The notes beneath the pieces are model-generated. The model was not told the DNA's origin and did not search any database. It saw only the letters and a list, made by a program, of their open reading frames with translations. From Sulfurimonadaceae bacterium (GTDB taxonomy: Bacteria > Campylobacterota > Campylobacteria > Campylobacterales > Sulfurimonadaceae): a stretch of DNA of 14,370 bases. Made by a program: the position numbers and the translations under genes. Numbering within the stretch: the first letter of the stretch is position 1; every line of letters begins with the position of its first letter. Below, piece by piece: positions 1-6,041 of this stretch. The stretch is from contig JBFESZ010000047.1 of assembly GCA_041548245.1 (NCBI GenBank), positions 1 through 14,370 of the forward strand. The letters are read 5' to 3'.

Positions 1-1
1 A

Positions 2-1153
2 TTGGCACTTGGCGGTCATATAATGACAGCTGGTGAAAAAGCAACTCTGTTATCACTACCTATTCTTTCTGGCGCACTACTTAGGATACTTCTTGGATTT
101 GGAGTGGATAAGCTTGGGGCTAAACTGACAGCTCTTTTGTCACAGGGTGTAGTTATTACGGCATTGCTTACTGCTTATTTTCAAGGCGATAGCATAACGT
201 ATGAGACACTTTTGATGGTAGCCCTTGGGCTTGGGTTCGCCGGAGCATCTTTTGCTGTAGCATTGCCGCAAGCAGGACAATGGTACCCGCCAAAACTTCA
301 AGGTGTCGTTCTGGGTATAGCAGGTGCAGGTAATATCGGTGTTGTAATCGACTTTTTATTTGCTCCAAAGATCGCACAGCATTTTGGTTGGGAGTCTGTC
401 TTCGGCGTTGGTGCATTTATGTCTATCATCGTATTTATAGCTTACGCATTTTTGGCAAAGAATGCTCCGGAGTCTGTCTACAAAGCAAACCCAAAAAAAG
501 TAAAAGACTATATCAATCTTTTAAAAGACAAAGACACATGGTGGTTTAATCTTTTTTATGCAGTAAGTTTTGGTGGTTTTGTAGGTTTTGCTGGCTATAT
601 GAAGGTTTATCTGATGAACACCTATCAAACTGATATGTCGGCTTTTGGCCTTGATTTTCTTAACGAAGACAATGTTAAAGTAGTCGCAGGATATTTTGGT
701 GCACTTTGTATTTTTGCAGGGGCTGTGCTTAGACCGGTCGGAGGTGCTATTGCGGATAAACTCGGAGGAGTAAAATCTTTATACATCTTTTTTGGTACGG
801 TAACCTTTTTAGCCATTGTGAATGCATCGGTCACACTGCCTTTCAGTGTGGCTATAGTCGTACTGTTCTTAATCATGGCAAACCTTGGTATGGCCAATGG
901 CGCAGTATTTCAGCTCGTTCCGCAACGTTTTGGTAAAGATATTGGAATAATGACTGGTATTATCGGTGCGGCAGGTGGTTTGGGTGGTACAGCTCTGATT
1001 AAAACACTTGGATGGTCAAAAGAAGTATTTGACGGCTACTCAGCCGGTTTTACTATCTTTGCTATGGTTGTACTGATTGCATTGAGTGGTATTTCATTGG
1101 TAAAAACCAGATGGAGAACTACGTGGGGTGTATTAGCAGGGGGGAGAATATAA
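2..1153 (+). CDS. narK: Nitrate/nitrite MFS transporter, NarK/NasA (NNP) family; 5'-truncated by the window edge
   Basis: Many hydrophobic helices. Nitrate-signature regions LGFAGASFAVALPQAGQWYPP..QG..LGIAGAGNIG and LGMANGAVFQLVP..FG...G..TGIIGAAGGLGG. The two conserved intramembrane Arg are present (LLRILLG, VLRPVGG). The frame is open from the first codon, so the real start lies upstream. Confidence 0.92.
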   Translation: MALGGHIMTAGEKATLLSLPILSGALLRILLGFGVDKLGAKLTALLSQGVVITALLTAYFQGDSITYETLLMVALGLGFAGASFAVALPQAGQWYPPKLQGVVLGIAGAGNIGVVIDFLFAPKIAQHFGWESVFGVGAFMSIIVFIAYAFLAKNAPESVYKANPKKVKDYINLLKDKDTWWFNLFYAVSFGGFVGFAGYMKVYLMNTYQTDMSAFGLDFLNEDNVKVVAGYFGALCIFAGAVLRPVGGAIADKLGGVKSLYIFFGTVTFLAIVNASVTLPFSVAIVVLFLIMANLGMANGAVFQLVPQRFGKDIGIMTGIIGAAGGLGGTALIKTLGWSKEVFDGYSAGFTIFAMVVLIALSGISLVKTRWRTTWGVLAGGRI

Positions 1154-2421
1154 TGATGCGAAAGGTTATGATATCAGCTGTTTCCCTTTGGGCATTAACA
1201 GGTTCTTATACAGTGGCAGGTGCAGATGATGGTGCCGATGTATTGAGTAAAGTTAAACTTGATGGTCAGATCCGTCCAAGATACGAGTTTGTGGATGATG
1301 GCAACCCGGCAACTGCTGACGCCAATGCCTATACGACGCGACTGAAGTTAAAAGCGACCGCCAATCTTTTTGAGATGGAAGGTTTGAGCACATCTCTTGG
1401 GATAATCTCTGTCAATAACTTTGGCTCGCATACGTATAATTGGAATGGGACAAGCTATAGTGACGGTTCTAACAATTACGCTGTAGTTATGGACCCTCAG
1501 ACAGCGATGCTTTCTAATGCCGAATTGAACTATAAAGTTGGAAAGAGTGTTTTGCATGCAGGACGTTCTCAGGTAAATCTGGACAACCAGCGTTTTATCG
1601 GTACGGTTGGTTGGCGACAATTTGAACGTTCATATGACACGGTGTCTGTTTTAAACAATTCAATTGACAAGCTTTCACTCTATGTGGCCTGGGTATATGG
1701 TCTTCAAGGGGTAAAAGAAAACCCTACTACTGATACCAATTCAGTTTTATTACACGCGACATATAAAGTTGATGATATCTTTAATGTCACGGCTTATGAC
1801 TATATGATTGCTGATGCGCATGATACTTATGGCCTGGCCTTGAGTGGTAAGGTGTCTACGGACAATGCAAAGTTTGATTATAGAGCTGAATATGCACAAC
1901 AGGATGATGCAAGTATGAATATTCACGGCGGTCCTAAAGCAAAAGCGGATGCAAGATATATGAACTTTGATTTAGGAGTAAACATCTCAGGTGTTCTGGC
2001 CGGTGTCAACTATGAGTTTCTAAGCGGAACAACCGGAAGTGACGGTAAAACGGCATTTAACCCTTCTTTAGGTACAAACCATAAGTTCAATGGTTGGGCA
2101 GATATGTTTTATGTTGCAAGTATACCGCAGGGCGGTCTACAGGATCTAAATGTACGGCTGGGTTATAAAAGTAAAGACTTCGGAAAGATCCTTGGGGTTT
2201 ATCATCAATTTACTGCAGATAAAGCTATGCCAACTGTAAGTGGTGTAAGCGATGACTTGGGAAGTGAGTTAGATGTTTTATATTCGCACCCCCTTCCTTT
2301 TGTTAAAGGCGTGGGCGCATTAATTAAATATGCTTCGTATTCAAAAGGAAAGGCCACAGGGTATACCAATGATGTTCAAAAAGCATGGTTGATGTTGGAT
2401 TATAGATTTTCAACGAAATAG
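1153..2421 (+). CDS. Outer-membrane beta-barrel, alginate-export (AlgE-like) family porin
   Basis: Start placed at ATG 1153 (TAATG overlap with the narK stop; GGAG at 1143-1146) rather than 1111; 1156 is an alternative. Signal peptide MMRKVMISAVSLWALTGSYTVAGA. Motifs GQIRPRYE, GRSQVNLDNQRFIGTVGWRQFERSYD, LGTNHKFNGWADMF, LGSELD and a terminal beta-strand WLMLDYRF. Confidence 0.8.
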   Translation: MMRKVMISAVSLWALTGSYTVAGADDGADVLSKVKLDGQIRPRYEFVDDGNPATADANAYTTRLKLKATANLFEMEGLSTSLGIISVNNFGSHTYNWNGTSYSDGSNNYAVVMDPQTAMLSNAELNYKVGKSVLHAGRSQVNLDNQRFIGTVGWRQFERSYDTVSVLNNSIDKLSLYVAWVYGLQGVKENPTTDTNSVLLHATYKVDDIFNVTAYDYMIADAHDTYGLALSGKVSTDNAKFDYRAEYAQQDDASMNIHGGPKAKADARYMNFDLGVNISGVLAGVNYEFLSGTTGSDGKTAFNPSLGTNHKFNGWADMFYVASIPQGGLQDLNVRLGYKSKDFGKILGVYHQFTADKAMPTVSGVSDDLGSELDVLYSHPLPFVKGVGALIKYASYSKGKATGYTNDVQKAWLMLDYRFSTK

Positions 2422-2433
2422 TCTCTAATAGAG

Positions 2434-2439
2434 TATAAT
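2434..2439 (+). promoter_or_regulatory. Candidate internal sigma70 -10 box upstream of the phosphatase/kinase gene
   Basis: Perfect TATAAT in the 46-bp intergenic gap, 28 nt before the ATG at 2468; GGGA at 2459-2462 as RBS. Confidence 0.4.
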
Positions 2440-2467
2440 GTAAAACGCAACTGAAGACGGGATAAAA

Positions 2468-4102
2468 ATGGTGTCAAAGATACAAACAAGTGGGTTTTCT
2501 CTTGCCAAAAGAAACAATTTGACGGGTGATGATTTTTATGAGATTCAATCCATAGGAGATCTCACCATTGCTGTTGTTTGCGATGGAGTGGGCAGTGCCA
2601 GTGAAGGGGCCGAAGCGGCAAAACGGACGAGTTCCTACCTTATCAATAATTTTAAAAACCGTCCACGCTCTTGGTCGATAGAAAAATCGATGCGGAGTTT
2701 TATCAAGTCTATAAATAATATCCTCTACAAAGAGTCTCTCGTCAATTATGAGAGGGCAGAACTGGTGACAACTCTTGCCATCGTAGTCATTGAAGGCAAT
2801 AGACTTCATGGAGCTAACATTGGGGATTCAAGAGTCTATTTACATAGGGATGAAAGTCTGATTCAACTATCGTTGGATCATTCAATGGACGAACCCGGAT
2901 TTGAGGATGTACTGACACAGGCAATAGGCATAAATGAGCATGTCGAACCCTATTATTTTGAAAATATCATTCAAAACGGTGACAAGGTGTTATTGTGCAG
3001 CGATGGTCTTTATAATGTGTTGAGTGAAAGCATAATTGAAGATAATATCATTTCTGGTGCCTATGCGCTGGTCAAAAGGGCCAGCAGCCTAAGGGAAGAC
3101 GACCTTCCCGATGACACGACAGCTGTTGTATTGGATATAGATCAAATCAATAAACTGATGGAGCTCAAAAGCCAAAAACTTGAAATTCCTACTGTTTTAA
3201 AAAAGCAAGAGGTCATCAATGGATATACGCTGCAAAAGCCTCTTGTCCAGAACAACAGAACCTGGTTGGCTAGTCGTGACGGGATAAGGTCTGTACTCAA
3301 GTTTGCCCCTATTGAAGCTTTGAGTGATGAAGGGGTATTGGACCTCTTTGTGAAAGAGGCCTGGAATGCGAACCGTTTAAAAGCAGAATCATTGCCCGCT
3401 GTCCTTATCCCTCCAAACAGGACATACCGTTATTATGTAATGGAATATTTTGATGGCCCTGATTTGAAGAAATGTATCAAAGAAAGAGCACTCAATGTCG
3501 AAGATGCTCTTGAGCTTGCACAAACACTCTTACAGCTATCTCAACATCTTTTAAAATATGATCTTGTCCATGGCGATATAAAACCTGAGAACATCATCGT
3601 CTCTTCCATTGGAGGCGAACAGGCGTTTAAAGTCGTTGATTTTGGTAATATTACTGAATTGTTTTCAATCCAGTCTCGAGCAGGGACCCCAAGTTTCTTG
3701 GCTCCAGAACGCTTTATGGAAGGCAGTATCAATGAAAGTACAGAAATTTTTGCAATAGGTGTTACCTTGTACCTGGCATTGACACGGCATTATCCATACG
3801 GTGAGATAGAACCGTTTTCAAACCCTTCGTTTAAAGAGGCAAAAAAACCAAGTGTGTACAACAAGAATATCCCTTCTTGGCTTGATAGTGTCATATTAAG
3901 ATCGATTGCTATCGAACCGGGAAGAAGGTACAAACACTACTCTGAGATGATGTATGAACTTAAAACACCGCAAAAGGTCAAACCCTATTTTACCAAAAAC
4001 AGTCCTTTGATAGAACGTTCGCCACTGTTGTTTTATAGAGTGGCGTTTACAATTATGTTTTTTATCAATCTTGTTTTGTTGATTCTTCTTGTACAACAGT
4101 GA
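2468..4102 (+). CDS. Bifunctional PP2C-family protein phosphatase / Hanks-type Ser/Thr kinase with C-terminal membrane anchor
   Basis: PP2C motifs VCDGVG, ANIGDSRVY, DHS, LTQAIG, LLCSDGL, DDTT. Kinase motifs VLKF, YYVMEY, HGDIKPEN, DFG, GTPSFLAPE. C-terminal hydrophobic helix VAFTIMFFINLVLLILLV. Confidence 0.92.
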   Translation: MVSKIQTSGFSLAKRNNLTGDDFYEIQSIGDLTIAVVCDGVGSASEGAEAAKRTSSYLINNFKNRPRSWSIEKSMRSFIKSINNILYKESLVNYERAELVTTLAIVVIEGNRLHGANIGDSRVYLHRDESLIQLSLDHSMDEPGFEDVLTQAIGINEHVEPYYFENIIQNGDKVLLCSDGLYNVLSESIIEDNIISGAYALVKRASSLREDDLPDDTTAVVLDIDQINKLMELKSQKLEIPTVLKKQEVINGYTLQKPLVQNNRTWLASRDGIRSVLKFAPIEALSDEGVLDLFVKEAWNANRLKAESLPAVLIPPNRTYRYYVMEYFDGPDLKKCIKERALNVEDALELAQTLLQLSQHLLKYDLVHGDIKPENIIVSSIGGEQAFKVVDFGNITELFSIQSRAGTPSFLAPERFMEGSINESTEIFAIGVTLYLALTRHYPYGEIEPFSNPSFKEAKKPSVYNKNIPSWLDSVILRSIAIEPGRRYKHYSEMMYELKTPQKVKPYFTKNSPLIERSPLLFYRVAFTIMFFINLVLLILLVQQ

Positions 4103-4243
4103 TCATAAAGAAGTGTCACGGGAATGTATCAGCAAAGCTAAAGGTACATGCTACAACTGTTACAGTTTTCTGATCAACACCCGTTTTATAGACTACAGCT
4201 AATTCGGCTTATCGCTGGGCTTTTTTGTAATGTAAATTATATT

Positions 4244-4588
4244 CTACAACTCTTCAACATCATGGATCTCATTGCCTGAGAGAGACTCCATTTTTGTTTC
4301 AACAATATCAAGAAACTTGCTTTTGGTGGCTTCATCCATATTGTTTTGCAGCATTTCAAGGATATATTTAATACCATTGGCATTGATTTTCTTGACACTG
4401 GCAAGATAGTGTACAAAGGCTATCATCTTCACATCGTTTATAGAGTAAAGCTTCTTCGAACTTTCTGCATTCTTCAGCGGAAGCAGTCCTTTTTCTTCAT
4501 ACATTTTTAGTGTACGGGGTTTGGCGCTTAAAAGCTCTGCTATGCTACTTAGAGGAAGTATGTCCTTCCCATTGTCGAGTAAACCCAT
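4244..4588 (-). CDS. MerR-family transcriptional regulator, HspR-like
   Basis: HTH pattern LSSIAELLSAKPRTLKMYEEKGLL...KKLYSINDV and INANGIKYILEM parallel HspR (VA..L.IHPQTLR.YE..GL...RLYS..D...G.NLAGV..IL). RBS AAGGA on the minus strand at 4598-4594. Confidence 0.85.
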   Translation of the reverse strand: MGLLDNGKDILPLSSIAELLSAKPRTLKMYEEKGLLPLKNAESSKKLYSINDVKMIAFVHYLASVKKINANGIKYILEMLQNNMDEATKSKFLDIVETKMESLSGNEIHDVEEL

Positions 4589-4612
4589 TGTTATCCTTTG
4601 TCTGTCAGTGGA

Positions 4613-4618
4613 ATTGTA
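4613..4618 (-). promoter_or_regulatory. Candidate -10 box (TACAAT) for the MerR regulator gene
   Basis: Plus-strand ATTGTA reads TACAAT on the minus strand, about 15 nt upstream of the RBS. Confidence 0.4.
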
Positions 4619-4703
4619 TAAAGCTTTTTATTAAAACTTTATTTTGAAAACCATTAAATCATACTTTATATGTAGATTTATGTAAAATATTTGTCGTTAT
4701 TTA

Positions 4704-4762
4704 TACATATATTACGTAAAATAATTACATAAAATATGTATTTAATTTACAGTTAAAATGTT
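4704..4762. promoter_or_regulatory. Array of three phased TACA-N7-TGTA inverted-repeat boxes (putative operator)
   Basis: TACAtatattaCGTA 4704-4718, TACAtaaaataTGTA 4726-4740, TACAgttaaaaTGTT 4748-4762. Exact 22-bp period, in the divergent promoter region. Confidence 0.6.
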
Positions 4763-4773
4763 TATTGTATCAT
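4746..4773 (+). promoter_or_regulatory. Candidate sigma70 promoter for the cytochrome c-put operon
   Basis: TTTACA (4746-4751), 16-nt spacer, TATCAT (4768-4773); RBS AAGGA at 4792-4796 before TTG 4803. Confidence 0.4.
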
Positions 4774-4802
4774 TATGCCTATATTAAAATGAAGGATTAA
4801 AG

Positions 4803-5126
4803 TTGAAAACCAGTTACCTATTCGTTGTTTTAGCTCTTTTAGTTGGCTCTGTATCTGTGCAGGCAGATATTAAAAAAGGACAAAAGGCTTATTTGAAGCA
4901 GTGTAAAAAATGTCATGGAAACGGTACCAAAGGATCATCGATGAAAACTCAAGATGAGTGGACAGTTGCCTTTGAAAATGATGCAGAACTTTTTAAGAAA
5001 TGGCACGCCGGGACAAAGGGTGAGAAGTACACCAAGAGCAAAAAGTTTAATAAATCTGCACCACACCTAAAAGACTTTCTGTTTCAGTATGCTAGCGATT
5101 CAGGAAATGTACCATCGTGTGGATAA
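4803..5126 (+). CDS. Small periplasmic monoheme c-type cytochrome
   Basis: TTG start with AAGGA RBS. Sec signal peptide ending VQA. Single CKKCH heme motif (4902-4916) preceded by the typical KKGQKAY helix. C-terminus ASDSGNVPSCG. Confidence 0.88.
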   Translation: MKTSYLFVVLALLVGSVSVQADIKKGQKAYLKQCKKCHGNGTKGSSMKTQDEWTVAFENDAELFKKWHAGTKGEKYTKSKKFNKSAPHLKDFLFQYASDSGNVPSCG

Positions 5127-5222
5127 GTGAGCTAAAGTAATGCACACATTGATAATCAATCCGGGAGTTTTGTAGTTATCTTACTTTTTGATCTGAAAAA
5201 TAGAACAATCGGTAATTATCTC

Positions 5223-6041
5223 TTGGCTCTTCTTATCACATGCCTCTGTTCGTCTGTATTGATGGCACAAGACACATCTGTACGGCAAAGCGGGCTTGAG
5301 CAGCCGTTGATGCAACGTTATATTCTGGATGAACTAAAAGCAATCCGTCTTGACAATCAACAAACACGTGTGGATGTAGAGCGACGCATTGCCCTGATTA
5401 AGACGGAACAGACAGATAGAGCAGCGCGTTATATGACGGACACTATCGGAAATATCTTCTATCTTATCGCTGCTGCTACTTCGATTCTCTTCTTCGCAGG
5501 ATGGAACTCCCTACGCGATATACGCAGTAAAATTGAAGATTTGATAGAGAAACGTGTTGAAAGCATCACCCAAAAATACAATATTGAACTTGAACGACTT
5601 CAATCCCGTTTAAGTGAGCAGTCACAAAAAATACTAAACAATCAAGAGACGATTTACACTACACAGTTGATCCATTCTCTATGGATGCGTGCAAATCTTG
5701 AAACCAATCTGCAATCAAAAATCGATATTTATGATGAGATACTGAAGCTCAATGATGAAGACGCAGAGGTTTATGCTTATAAGGCAGACGTGGTATTGGA
5801 TCTGGATGAATATGAATGGGCACTTAATCTGAGTAATAAGGCTATTGATATTGATCCGGAATATGGCTATGCTTATTGGCAGAGATCTTGTGCCAATGCG
5901 AAACTTGGCAATGAAAAAGAGGCCGTTGAGGATTTGAAGCTCGCTCTGCTTAAGGCTCCAAACCTTAAAGACGAGGTGCACAACGAACCTTATTTGGCAA
6001 AGATCAGGGAACTTCAGACTGTCAAAGATATGGTTGCATGA
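5223..6041 (+). CDS. Membrane-anchored coiled-coil/tetratricopeptide repeat (TPR) protein; start uncertain
   Basis: N-terminal hydrophobic signal-like stretch, coiled coil, one TM helix (IFYLIAAATSILFFAGW), second coiled coil, then TPR-like units (AEVYAYKADVVLDLDEYEWALNLSNKAIDIDPEY; GYAYWQRSCANAKLGNEKEAVEDLKLALLKAPN). The stop overlaps or abuts the putA start. Confidence 0.8.
   Translation: MALLITCLCSSVLMAQDTSVRQSGLEQPLMQRYILDELKAIRLDNQQTRVDVERRIALIKTEQTDRAARYMTDTIGNIFYLIAAATSILFFAGWNSLRDIRSKIEDLIEKRVESITQKYNIELERLQSRLSEQSQKILNNQETIYTTQLIHSLWMRANLETNLQSKIDIYDEILKLNDEDAEVYAYKADVVLDLDEYEWALNLSNKAIDIDPEYGYAYWQRSCANAKLGNEKEAVEDLKLALLKAPNLKDEVHNEPYLAKIRELQTVKDMVA

Noticed and set aside
1139-1144. 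G6 run at the narK end/porin RBS as a phase-variation tract
   Set aside because: Shorter than typical Campylobacterota contingency tracts (about 8 or more G) and explained by Gly codons plus the RBS.
1111-1152. ORF-track start of the beta-barrel at 1111
   Set aside because: It overlaps narK by 43 nt and adds a non-signal extension; the RBS and signal peptide fit ATG 1153/1156.
168-4096. Short antisense ORFs (168-416, 625-897, 1348-1620, 2474-2809, 3541-3732, 3896-4096)
   Set aside because: They lie wholly opposite well-supported genes and have no recognisable motifs; treated as shadow ORFs.
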